NCBI GenBank assembly: GCA_964388115.1
Contig: CAYLYK010000006.1
Span: 10,001-74,000, forward strand
From: an uncultured Hyphomicrobiales bacterium
GTDB taxonomy: Bacteria; Pseudomonadota; Alphaproteobacteria; Reyranellales; JAQSWP01
Reading direction: 5' to 3'
DNA length: 64,000 bases
Shown here: piece after piece, positions 18,010 through 26,851 of the stretch
Layout of the letters: every line of letters begins with the position of its first letter
How positions within the stretch are numbered: position 1 is the first letter of the stretch
Notes under the pieces: model-generated
Seen by the model: only the letters and a program-made list of their open reading frames with translations
Databases searched by the model: none
What the model was told of the DNA's origin: nothing
Program-made: the position numbers and the translations under genes

Positions 18010-21000
18010 CTATTGCCGCGGCAGTACGGTCACGGTGCCGCCGGCGGTGCGGCCGATGACGCCGGGCCGGTACATGTCTTCGATCTGCGCCGGCGGCAGC
18101 ACGTAGGTGCCGGGCGTGACGGCGCGCACGATATAGGCCAGGGCGAAGTCGGCCTTGTCCTCTTCCTCGTAATAGTAGTTGCCGCGATAGGTGCCGAAAT
18201 AGGTCGGCTTGCCGAAGGTGAAGCTCGCGAAGAAGCGATCGTCGCGGGCTTCGCGCGTGCGCGTGAAGCTGATCTTGGGCAGCCACGAATAGGCCTGCTC
18301 GCCATCCTGCACGTAGGGAACGATCGCTTCGATCTCCCAGCCGGCCGGCAGCAGGTCGAGCAGCGCCACCTCGTGATAGTCCTTGTCCAGCGAGCGTCCC
18401 GTCAGCACCACCATCAGGCGGTCGTTCTGCGTCACCTTGGTCAGGTCGGCGGTCGTTCCGTCGAGCTTGCGGAAGACCCGATCGACCCGCATGCCGCGCT
18501 GCACGGCCGGCTGCATCGCCTTGGGAATGCCGCGCACTGAGAGCGTGCCCCAAATCTCACGCTCCGTGGTGTTCTTGATCACCAGCGGGTCTTTGGCGAG
18601 CGTGTTCGGCTCGGGATAGAACATCGCCGGCTCGCGCTTGGGCGCCACAGGCTTGCCATTGACCTGCAAGGTCAGCGGCGTTGCCGACTGGGTCATGGCG
18701 TGCGCCGCCAGCAGCATCCAGGCCTTCTCCTGCGTCGAGGTGTTCTCGATGCTGGCCTTGTCGAAACGGCGCAGGCGCGTGGTCAGGTCGGCCAGCATGT
18801 CGCTCTGGCCAGCCAAAGCGGAGACTGCCGTCAGGCCTGCGGTGTCGCGCAAGGCCGAGCCGTAATAGTCGCCACGGATGATGGTGCCGACCGCTTGCTT
18901 GGATTGCTCGAAAGCGGTGACGGCGCGGGCCTTCTCGCCGACCAGTGCCAGGGCCGCTGCCAAATGGCCGCGACCCAGGCCGTTGCGGATGTTGCGGAAC
19001 TCCGTGTCCTGGAAGTAGCGCAACTGGCCGACATCGGCCTGTCCGGCTCGCGCGAGAATGTAGAAACCGTAGGCGCGGGCTTCCGGTCCCAGCTCGCTCA
19101 ACGCGCCGCGCGCCCAGGCAAGCCCGCGGGCGATCGAGCCGTCGGGCACGACGAAGTCCTTGGCCTTGGCCTGGATCAGGAAATCCAGCGCGAACATCTG
19201 GATCCACGGATCGGCGCTATACGCGCCTGCGCCCCACATGCCGAAGCTGCCATCGGGACGCTGCATGTCGAGAATGCGCGACACCGCTTCCTGGATGCGC
19301 TCGGGCAGGGCCTTGTCCTGCTTCACGCCGCTCAGCGCCGCCAGCTCGCCAAAATACAGCAGCGGCAGGGCGCGGCTGGTGGTCTGCTCGAGACAGCCGA
19401 ACGGATATTTGTCGAGTGCGGTCAACAGGCCCGGTACGTCGAACCCGCGCACGCTGGCCATGCTCACCGACACGGTGGCACTGCCTGGCACGAACGTGTC
19501 CAGCGTTGCACCATCGACGGTGAAGTTCGCCCCGGGCTTGACGGCGGAGACCAGCTCCACGGTCTGCGGCGCCTGCGCCGGACGCACCTGGATCTGCCAG
19601 TCGCGCGTGACGGAAAAGCCGTTGGGGCCGGTGATGGTGAGGTCGACCTTGCCGATGCCGATCTCGTTGCCCTTGATCGGCCAACCGAACAGCTGTCGCT
19701 TGCCGGCCGGCATGTCGATGCTCTGGTCGATCTTCTGCGGCAGGGTGACCGCACCATTCGATGTCAGCGTCACCTTGTAGGCGCCCGGAGCAGCTTCGAC
19801 GTTGTGCAGCAGCAGCGAGATACGGCTCTCGTCGCCTGGCGCCAGGAAGCGGGGCAGGGTGATGTCGCTGACCAGCGCATCGCGCACCGTCATGGGCTTG
19901 CTGGCTTGGCCCACTCTGTTGCGATCGAACGCCACCGCCATCAGGCGCAATTCGCCGGTGAAATCGGGGATGTCGAGCGGGATCAACGCCTGGCCTTGCG
20001 CATCGACTTTCACGATGCCCGAGAACAGCGCCACCGTGCGCGTCGGCACCACTTCCAGCCCACGACCGGCGGCGCTGTCGCCGCCGGTGCGGATCTGGCC
20101 CACTACGTCAGCCGTGCCATCCAGCAGGCGGCCGTAATCGTCGCGGATGGCGACAGTCAGGCGGCGCTTGCCGAAATAGTATTTGCTGGGTTCGGGCGAG
20201 GCGAATTTGGTGAGCTGCAGGATGCCTTCGTCGACCGCAGCCAGCGTCACGAACGCTTCGCTGCCGGCCTGCGCTACTTTCACGGGCACCTCGATCTTGC
20301 GCCGCGGCGTGATCTTTTCCGGGCTGCCGATCTCAACGGCCAGCACGCGGTTGGAAACGTCGAGCCCCAGCCAGACCAGGCCGATGGCCCGCACCGGCGC
20401 GCGATCATTCTTCTGTGCCAGCGGTCGGAAAGCGCTGACCAGCGCATAGGCGCCGCTGCCCCAGTCGGACGAGACCGGAATGTCGACGGTCGTGCCTTCG
20501 GCCGCGACCTGCACCAGCTTGCGCTCGAAGATGCGGTCGCCCGCGATCACCACCGTCGCTTCGCCGGCGAACGGCGCTTCGATGCGCACCCGCGCGGTCT
20601 CGCCTTGCTTGTAGCTCTGCTTGTCGGCCGTGACCTTGACCATGTCCGGCGTCTCTGAGACCTGAGAAGAGGCCCAGCCAGAGTAATAGCTGATGCTGGT
20701 GGCCGAACTGGTCACCGGATCGGTCACCGTAAGGCGGAAGCGGCCCCAGGACTGGGTCTGACTGATTACCGCCAGCTTGTCGGCCTCGACGTCGATCGTG
20801 CCGCTGGTGACCGGCACATCGCGGTTATAGATCTCCCAGCGCCAGGTGTTGCCGGTGCGATACCATTGGTAATTGTAGACTTCGCGTACCAGTTCCCATT
20901 TCACGCCCGGACGGGCGATGCGCTTGCCGGTATTGTCGACCAATGCGATCTCGAACTGGGCCGGCGTGCTCTCCTGCACGTAGCCGTCGAAGCGCGGGCG

Positions 21001-22956
21001 CATGCCGACGTAGCTGTCGCGCGGCCGCACCGGCAGTGAGATCTCGTCCTTGGTGGCGCGACCGCCGGGCTCGAAGATCGAGACCGAGATATTGGCCTTC
21101 AGCGGCAGAGTGCCGGCCTGGATTTTTTCAATCTTGCCGGTCGCCGTCGTCTTGCCCTGCGCATCGGTCTTGCCGATGGTCAGGGGCACGATGGTTTCCT
21201 TGACCTTCTCGCCGGTGAGCCCGAAGCGGAAGCCGGGCAGGGAGGCGAAGGCCAGCGGATCGGCGACGATCTTCATCTCCGCTTCGCCGTCCAGCTCGGC
21301 CGCCGGCGCGCCGTAGAGGAAACGGCCGTCGACGCCGACCGACACCGGATCGTCGATCTTCAGCGGTTTGTCCTTGTCGGCCGTCAGCGCCAGCTTCAGC
21401 CGTTGCGGCACGAAATCCTCGACGCTGAATTCGGCCGTGCCGATCGGCGCGGCCTTGGGATCGACATAGGCGCTGACGCTCCAGCGCCCACGCTTGGCGG
21501 ACGGGCTGAGTTCGACCGGGAAGTACACGCTGCCGGCATTCGAATTGGCGAGCGTCGTGCGGCGATATTCGACGCCGTCGGAGCGCTTGACGATCAGCGT
21601 CAGCGGCGCATCCAGCGCCATGGCGGTGCGATCGCGCAACATGGCGGTGACATGCACGGTCTCGCCCGGCCGGTAGATGCCGCGATCGAGATAGACGAAA
21701 GCGTCGGTGGCGCCGGGGGCAGCGCGGCCTTCGACGCCGCGATCCGACAAATCGAAGCCGGCCCGCGTCAGGTTGAGATAGTTGAAATCGCTGTTGTTGG
21801 CGCCATAGGCCATGACGGCAACGGGGGTGTTGCCGCCCGTGCCGCGCAAAAGGCCAGGCGCGAACTGGGCATAGCCCTGCGCATCGGTGGTGATCCGCCC
21901 CAGCTCTTCGTTATTGCGCGCGATCAACGTCAAGGCAGTACCGGCGAGCGGTTTTGCCGAGGCCAGCGAGCGGGCGAAGACATGCAGCCCGTCTGTGCCG
22001 GTCAGCACTGTCAGGCCGATATCGGAATCGACCACCCATTGCGAAGCGGTCTCGTAGCGATAGTTGAAATTATTATCTTCGTTGTTGTCGTCAATCTTGC
22101 CGTCGGCGGCGTTCCAGGCGACGACCAGATAGGCGCCAGGCTTCCACGGCTTGACGGCTTCGCGGATCGGGAAAGCGGTGGTGACGGTCTCGTTCTGCGT
22201 GCCCTTGACCGGCATGGTGCCTTCCCATACCAGCGCGCCGGTATCCTGCAGCACTTCCTGCACGCGCCATGGCCGCATGCGCTTCTCGTCGAACTCCTCC
22301 GGCGCCAGCCGGGCCATGATACGGTCGGGCACGCGCAGCACTTTGATGCGCACCAGATCGACGTTGACCGTGGTGACCGGCACGCCGGCCGTCGTTTCGC
22401 GCGGCAGGATCAGGCCGGAGCCGGTGAAAGCGACCAAAGGCGGGCGCTCGCCCAGCGAGACCTTGACCGTCTCGGCCGCCGCCAACGTCTTGCCATCGGC
22501 CGCGGGCAATCCGGCCAGCAACTCGACTTCATAGTCGCGGCCGAAGCCCAGGCCGCCCAGGCACAGGCGATCGCCGGCGACGCGGATGGCGGGCTTGGTC
22601 GCGGGCGTCAGTTTGACGTAGTCGTCGTAGCGCACGTTGCCGGTCTCGTTCAGCTTGTCGGAGAAGCTGAAGCAGGCCTCGATCAAGTCGCGCGTGCCGT
22701 CGATCGTCAGCCGGCGGAAAATGAAATTGGGCGCCGGGGCCGGCGTCGTGGTGGCCGCAGGGGTGCCGCTAGCGGCCGGTGTTGGCGCCGAGGCTGATGT
22801 CGACGGCTGCGGCGCCGGTGCCGGCGTCGTGGCTGGCGCAGTCGCGGTTTGCGGCGCTTTGTCGAGCGGCGTCTTGGGACGCAAATTGAAATAGGCGACG
22901 GTGCCGATTGCCACCACAGCGGCGATCAGCAGGGAAACGACGGTCGTGCGCTTCAT
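18010..22956 (-). CDS. Bacterial alpha-2-macroglobulin family protein (thioester-containing)
   Basis: 1648 aa. N-terminal TM anchor, Pro/Thr/Ala-rich linker, and the thioester motif YPFGCLEQTTSR. Classical pairing with pbpC, 22 nt downstream. Confidence 0.92.
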   Translation of the reverse strand: MKRTTVVSLLIAAVVAIGTVAYFNLRPKTPLDKAPQTATAPATTPAPAPQPSTSASAPTPAASGTPAATTTPAPAPNFIFRRLTIDGTRDLIEACFSFSDKLNETGNVRYDDYVKLTPATKPAIRVAGDRLCLGGLGFGRDYEVELLAGLPAADGKTLAAAETVKVSLGERPPLVAFTGSGLILPRETTAGVPVTTVNVDLVRIKVLRVPDRIMARLAPEEFDEKRMRPWRVQEVLQDTGALVWEGTMPVKGTQNETVTTAFPIREAVKPWKPGAYLVVAWNAADGKIDDNNEDNNFNYRYETASQWVVDSDIGLTVLTGTDGLHVFARSLASAKPLAGTALTLIARNNEELGRITTDAQGYAQFAPGLLRGTGGNTPVAVMAYGANNSDFNYLNLTRAGFDLSDRGVEGRAAPGATDAFVYLDRGIYRPGETVHVTAMLRDRTAMALDAPLTLIVKRSDGVEYRRTTLANSNAGSVYFPVELSPSAKRGRWSVSAYVDPKAAPIGTAEFSVEDFVPQRLKLALTADKDKPLKIDDPVSVGVDGRFLYGAPAAELDGEAEMKIVADPLAFASLPGFRFGLTGEKVKETIVPLTIGKTDAQGKTTATGKIEKIQAGTLPLKANISVSIFEPGGRATKDEISLPVRPRDSYVGMRPRFDGYVQESTPAQFEIALVDNTGKRIARPGVKWELVREVYNYQWYRTGNTWRWEIYNRDVPVTSGTIDVEADKLAVISQTQSWGRFRLTVTDPVTSSATSISYYSGWASSQVSETPDMVKVTADKQSYKQGETARVRIEAPFAGEATVVIAGDRIFERKLVQVAAEGTTVDIPVSSDWGSGAYALVSAFRPLAQKNDRAPVRAIGLVWLGLDVSNRVLAVEIGSPEKITPRRKIEVPVKVAQAGSEAFVTLAAVDEGILQLTKFASPEPSKYYFGKRRLTVAIRDDYGRLLDGTADVVGQIRTGGDSAAGRGLEVVPTRTVALFSGIVKVDAQGQALIPLDIPDFTGELRLMAVAFDRNRVGQASKPMTVRDALVSDITLPRFLAPGDESRISLLLHNVEAAPGAYKVTLTSNGAVTLPQKIDQSIDMPAGKRQLFGWPIKGNEIGIGKVDLTITGPNGFSVTRDWQIQVRPAQAPQTVELVSAVKPGANFTVDGATLDTFVPGSATVSVSMASVRGFDVPGLLTALDKYPFGCLEQTTSRALPLLYFGELAALSGVKQDKALPERIQEAVSRILDMQRPDGSFGMWGAGAYSADPWIQMFALDFLIQAKAKDFVVPDGSIARGLAWARGALSELGPEARAYGFYILARAGQADVGQLRYFQDTEFRNIRNGLGRGHLAAALALVGEKARAVTAFEQSKQAVGTIIRGDYYGSALRDTAGLTAVSALAGQSDMLADLTTRLRRFDKASIENTSTQEKAWMLLAAHAMTQSATPLTLQVNGKPVAPKREPAMFYPEPNTLAKDPLVIKNTTEREIWGTLSVRGIPKAMQPAVQRGMRVDRVFRKLDGTTADLTKVTQNDRLMVVLTGRSLDKDYHEVALLDLLPAGWEIEAIVPYVQDGEQAYSWLPKISFTRTREARDDRFFASFTFGKPTYFGTYRGNYYYEEEDKADFALAYIVRAVTPGTYVLPPAQIEDMYRPGVIGRTAGGTVTVLPRQ

Positions 22957-23160
22957 GGAAGGCTCCAGCGGACGTCAAAGGCTTGTTTGTTGCAGCGCAT
23001 TCTAGCGCGTTGACCTTCGACGTGTGATGCCTATTCAGCGGCTTGGTTTGGGGAAAATCTGTGGCGGATGCCGTGTGGATGCTTGCAATTTTTCAATTCG
23101 CTGCCGCTGTGGGAAACCTGCCACAGGTCGGTTGCGGAAAGCCGCCCGCCGGTCGTAAAC

Positions 23161-23595
23161 ATGGGCATGGCTTTGCACCTGATCAAACTTGCGGTTGGCG
23201 CTTCCTCCATGGAGGAGATCGAGAAATTCCAGGAGAAGCGGCGCAAGGAGCGCAAGCAGAAGCCGGCCTCGCCGCACCGGGTTTTCACCCGCTCGACGCC
23301 CAAGCGGCAGGAAGAGCTGCTGGATGGCGGCTCGCTCTATTGGGTGATCAAGGGGTTTATCCGGGCGCGGCAGAAACTGGTGGGTTTCGACGAGACGACG
23401 GACGAACAGGGCCGCAAATATTGCGTCTTCCTGGTCGAACGAAAATTGATCCCGACGGCCGCCCGCGCCATGCAGCCCTTCCAGGGCTGGCGCTATCTGG
23501 ACCAGGCCCGCACCCCGTCCGACGCCAAGGCCGGCGATTCGGCCGATGTACCACCGGAAATGGCCGCCGAGCTGCGCCGGCTTGGCCTGATCTGA
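23161..23595 (+). CDS. DUF1489 family protein
   Basis: MALHLIKLAVGASSMEEI...GGSLYWVIKGFIRARQKL matches the conserved alphaproteobacterial DUF1489 pattern. The start is ambiguous (ATG 23161 or 23167). Confidence 0.8.
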   Translation: MGMALHLIKLAVGASSMEEIEKFQEKRRKERKQKPASPHRVFTRSTPKRQEELLDGGSLYWVIKGFIRARQKLVGFDETTDEQGRKYCVFLVERKLIPTAARAMQPFQGWRYLDQARTPSDAKAGDSADVPPEMAAELRRLGLI

Positions 23596-23631
23596 TCGCG
23601 CCGTGGCGTCGGCGCAGCCGGCCGCCTAAGG

Positions 23632-25089
23632 TTGCGGGCAAAAGGGGGCAGGGTGCAGCGGGGAATCGGGCTTTCGGGCATAGCCGGCTTTATCATCCTG
23701 TCGCTGTTGATCGGCTGGATTTCCGGCCGGCTGAGCCAGCGCCTGTTCGACGACGAGGTGCTCACCCTTGCCGCCATCGATGGCCGCTCCTATGGCGAGC
23801 TGATCCGCCTTTATCTGGGTGGCGGCGATGTCCATCCGCCGTTGCCGTTCCTGTGGTTCCGCCTGCTGCAGGATCTGCAATTGCCGATCTGGCTACAGCG
23901 GGGGCTGTCGCTGGCGCTGGCCGCCGGCGGCTTCGCGCTGGTGCTCGATCTGGTGTGGCGGCGGTTGCCCCATAGCGCCATCTGCCGGGCCCTGGCTATC
24001 GTTCTGTTCCTGGGCGCGCCGCTGCTTTACGGCATGGGGTCCAGCCTGCGCTGGTATCCGCTGCTGGTGCTGCCGGTCGCCCTGGCCTTGTGGAGCGCCC
24101 TGAATGTCGGTCGACCGACATTGCTGGCGGCGATCGGCTTTGGCGTGGCGGCCAATATCAGCTTCCTGGCGATCATTCCCGCTTTTGCCTTTGTGGTCTG
24201 GCGCTATCTGCTGACGCGCCGCTTCGATGCCCGCCAGGACGGCCGTTTTCTGGTCGTCGCTGTCTTGCTCGCATTGCCCGGTCTGCTCGCCTTCGTCCTG
24301 TCAGCCCGCAATGTTGCAGGACAGATCGATGCCAATATCCTGACGGCCCTTGGCATGACGACGCTCGGGGTGATTGGCGGTTATGGCTTGGGCCTGACGC
24401 AGGCGCTGATCGCCATTCCGTTTGCGCTGCTATGTGCGATCGGTAGCGTAGGCGCAGTTCTGGCGCTTCGCCGCCGGCCGGTCGGCGATCTTTTGGCTAT
24501 ATCGCTGCTGATTGCGCTGGCATGTCTGGTCCTGACCGCGATCGGTTTCGCCAAGCCGCGGTCGTTTCTCTTTGCCGTGCCGTTCCTGCTGGCGATCGTG
24601 ACGCTTGGCGGCGCCAGCCTGTCATGGCGGCGAGGTTTCGCGCTGGCGACCCTGGTTGCCTCGCTCAGCGTGACGGTGCCGGCTTTATGGCTGTTCAATG
24701 CCAGCGACCGGCCGTTCAAGCGCAATCTGCATATTCCCGACGCCGAAGTGCTGGCCGCGATCCGCCAGCACGCGCCCAAGGAGACGAGCCTGATCGTCTC
24801 GTCCGAGCCAGCTCTGGGATGGCAATTGCGCAAAGAAGGCTACTGCGTGATAGCAGCTTCGCTGTCGACCACATGTCCGCAGCGGACGGCGCCGATCATC
24901 GTCACGGTCGACGACGGCACTTTCACGCAGCGCGGCAACTTCGCGACCAATGTCGGCGGTATCACCGCCGATTACAAACTCGTCCACCAGATGACTTTCG
25001 GCGATGACGAAGATGGGCCAACCAAGACTTTTCTGAGTGGCCGGCTGGTACCGAAATGGCTGGTCAGTATCGCGGTCTACAGCCGCTAG
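23632..25089 (+). CDS. Polytopic membrane protein, GT-C (ArnT/PMT-like) glycosyltransferase candidate
   Basis: About 12 hydrophobic helices by eye, followed by a soluble tail of about 110 aa. An acidic FDDEV motif follows helix 1, as in GT-C enzymes. The start may be GTG 23653 (AAAGGGGG SD) rather than TTG 23632. Confidence 0.6.
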   Translation: MRAKGGRVQRGIGLSGIAGFIILSLLIGWISGRLSQRLFDDEVLTLAAIDGRSYGELIRLYLGGGDVHPPLPFLWFRLLQDLQLPIWLQRGLSLALAAGGFALVLDLVWRRLPHSAICRALAIVLFLGAPLLYGMGSSLRWYPLLVLPVALALWSALNVGRPTLLAAIGFGVAANISFLAIIPAFAFVVWRYLLTRRFDARQDGRFLVVAVLLALPGLLAFVLSARNVAGQIDANILTALGMTTLGVIGGYGLGLTQALIAIPFALLCAIGSVGAVLALRRRPVGDLLAISLLIALACLVLTAIGFAKPRSFLFAVPFLLAIVTLGGASLSWRRGFALATLVASLSVTVPALWLFNASDRPFKRNLHIPDAEVLAAIRQHAPKETSLIVSSEPALGWQLRKEGYCVIAASLSTTCPQRTAPIIVTVDDGTFTQRGNFATNVGGITADYKLVHQMTFGDDEDGPTKTFLSGRLVPKWLVSIAVYSR

Positions 25090-26733
25090 CTAGCCAGCGG
25101 CTTTCTTGGCCCGCTTCTCCATATCCATACGCTTCAATTCGCGGCGCATGATCTTGCCGGTCGTGGTCAGCGGAAACTCCGTCACGAATTCGACCTCGCG
25201 CGGATATTCATGCGCGGCAAGCTGGGTCTTGATGAACTCCTGAATTTCCTTCTTCAGCTCGTCCGACGGCTGCACGTCCGGCTTGAGCTGAATGAATGCC
25301 TTGACGATCTCTGTCCGCACCGGATCGGGAATGCCAACAGCGGCGGCGAGGCCGACAGCCGGATGCTTCAAAAGGCTCTCTTCGATCTCGCCCGGGCCGA
25401 TGCGATAGCCGCCCGAGGTGATGACATCGTCGTCACGGCTCTTGAACCAGACATAGCCGTCCGGGTCCATCGAGCCGACATCGCCCGTCAGTAGCCAATC
25501 GCCGGCGAACTTCTTCTTCGTCGCCTCGGGGTTGCGCCAATATTCCTTCATCATCACCGGATCGGGCCGCCTGGCTGCGATATTGCCCTCAACGCCCGGC
25601 GGCAGCACGTTGCCGTCATTGTCGACGATGGCCACCACGCGCCCGACGCTGGCGCGGCCGGCGGAACCCGGGCGAGCCGGATAAAGGCCGGGGGAGTTGG
25701 TGGTCATCAGATTGCATTCGGTCTGGCCATAGCCTTCGGACAGCGTCACGCCGAAGGTCTCGCGGCCCCAGGCCATGAGTTCCGCGCCCATGGCTTCGCC
25801 GCCGGTGGCGACGGCGCGAATGTCGTATTTCCATTTCTCGCGCGGCTTCTGCACCTGGCGCATCATCTTGAGCGCCGTCGGCGGAATGAAGGTGACGCCG
25901 ACATTGTGGCGGGCGATCAGGTCGAACGCCTTTTCGGCATCGAATTTCGGCGCACGCTGCGCCAGCACCGGCTTGCCGAGATACCAGGCCGGGAAAAGGA
26001 CGTCGTACAAACCGGCGATCCACGCCCAATCCGCCGGCGTCCAGTAAAGCTCATCGCCTTTGGGGTAGCGGTCGAGCCATTGCTGGACGGCCGGGATATG
26101 GCCGATCAGCGCGCGGTGGACGTGCAGGGCGCCTTTGGGCTGGCCGGTCGTGCCCGAGGTGTAGATCAGGAAAGCGGGATCTTCGGCAGCGGTATCGACC
26201 ACGGGACTGCTGTCGGAAGCCTCCGCCATCAAGGTTCCGTAGTCCTTGAACCAGGCGCCGTGCCTGCCGGCGCCGATGACGATGATGGTCTTCAGCTCCG
26301 GCAGCTTGTCGCGCACCTGTTCCAACTTGGGCATGTGCACGGCATCGAGGATCACCGCCTTGGCGCCGGCATTGCCGAGGCGGAATTCGATGGCATCCGC
26401 GCCGAACAGGGCAAAGAGCGGCACGCCAACCGCGCCCATGCGATAGGCCGCAACATGCGAGATAGCCACTTCCGGGCTCTGCGCCATCAGCACGCCGACG
26501 CGGTCGCCGCGCTGCACGCCGTGGGCTTTCAGCACGTTGGCGAGTTTCGAACTCAGCTTGCGGATATCGCCGAATGTGAAGCGCAATACGTTGCCGCGAT
26601 CGTCGTCGAAGATCATCGCCAGCTTGCCGGCGTCGTGGCGGTCGCAAACCTGCTGGGCGATGTTGTAGCGCTCGGGAATTTCCCAACGGAACTTGTTGTA
26701 GACTTCCTCGTAGGTGCTGCCGCTCGGCATCAT
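25090..26733 (-). CDS. AMP-forming acyl-CoA synthetase (adenylate-forming family)
   Basis: 547 aa with the AMP-binding signature YTSGTTGQPKG, plus GYGQTE and the late motif TTTGKIMRREL. Confidence 0.9.
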   Translation of the reverse strand: MMPSGSTYEEVYNKFRWEIPERYNIAQQVCDRHDAGKLAMIFDDDRGNVLRFTFGDIRKLSSKLANVLKAHGVQRGDRVGVLMAQSPEVAISHVAAYRMGAVGVPLFALFGADAIEFRLGNAGAKAVILDAVHMPKLEQVRDKLPELKTIIVIGAGRHGAWFKDYGTLMAEASDSSPVVDTAAEDPAFLIYTSGTTGQPKGALHVHRALIGHIPAVQQWLDRYPKGDELYWTPADWAWIAGLYDVLFPAWYLGKPVLAQRAPKFDAEKAFDLIARHNVGVTFIPPTALKMMRQVQKPREKWKYDIRAVATGGEAMGAELMAWGRETFGVTLSEGYGQTECNLMTTNSPGLYPARPGSAGRASVGRVVAIVDNDGNVLPPGVEGNIAARRPDPVMMKEYWRNPEATKKKFAGDWLLTGDVGSMDPDGYVWFKSRDDDVITSGGYRIGPGEIEESLLKHPAVGLAAAVGIPDPVRTEIVKAFIQLKPDVQPSDELKKEIQEFIKTQLAAHEYPREVEFVTEFPLTTTGKIMRRELKRMDMEKRAKKAAG

Positions 26734-26851
26734 GGTTTTACGCGTCCTGTCCCGATTTTCCTTGGTCCCGCGCCGGTTCTGCAGCGTGAACGGTGGATCA
26801 CTCTAGCCCGAGCAAGCTGGCAAGAGGAAGGGCAGGCGGGTAGACTAAGCC

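Noticed and set aside
18700-20658. 652-aa plus-strand ORF inside the alpha-2-macroglobulin gene
   Set aside because: It is antisense to a 1648-aa gene with a thioester motif and pbpC linkage. This is a high-GC artefact.
25081-25099. Hairpin AGCCGCT-N8-AGCGGCT spanning both stop codons, considered as a bidirectional terminator
   Set aside because: The stem is only 7 bp, has no U/A tracts on either side, and is formed by coding sequence. There is not enough support to call a terminator.
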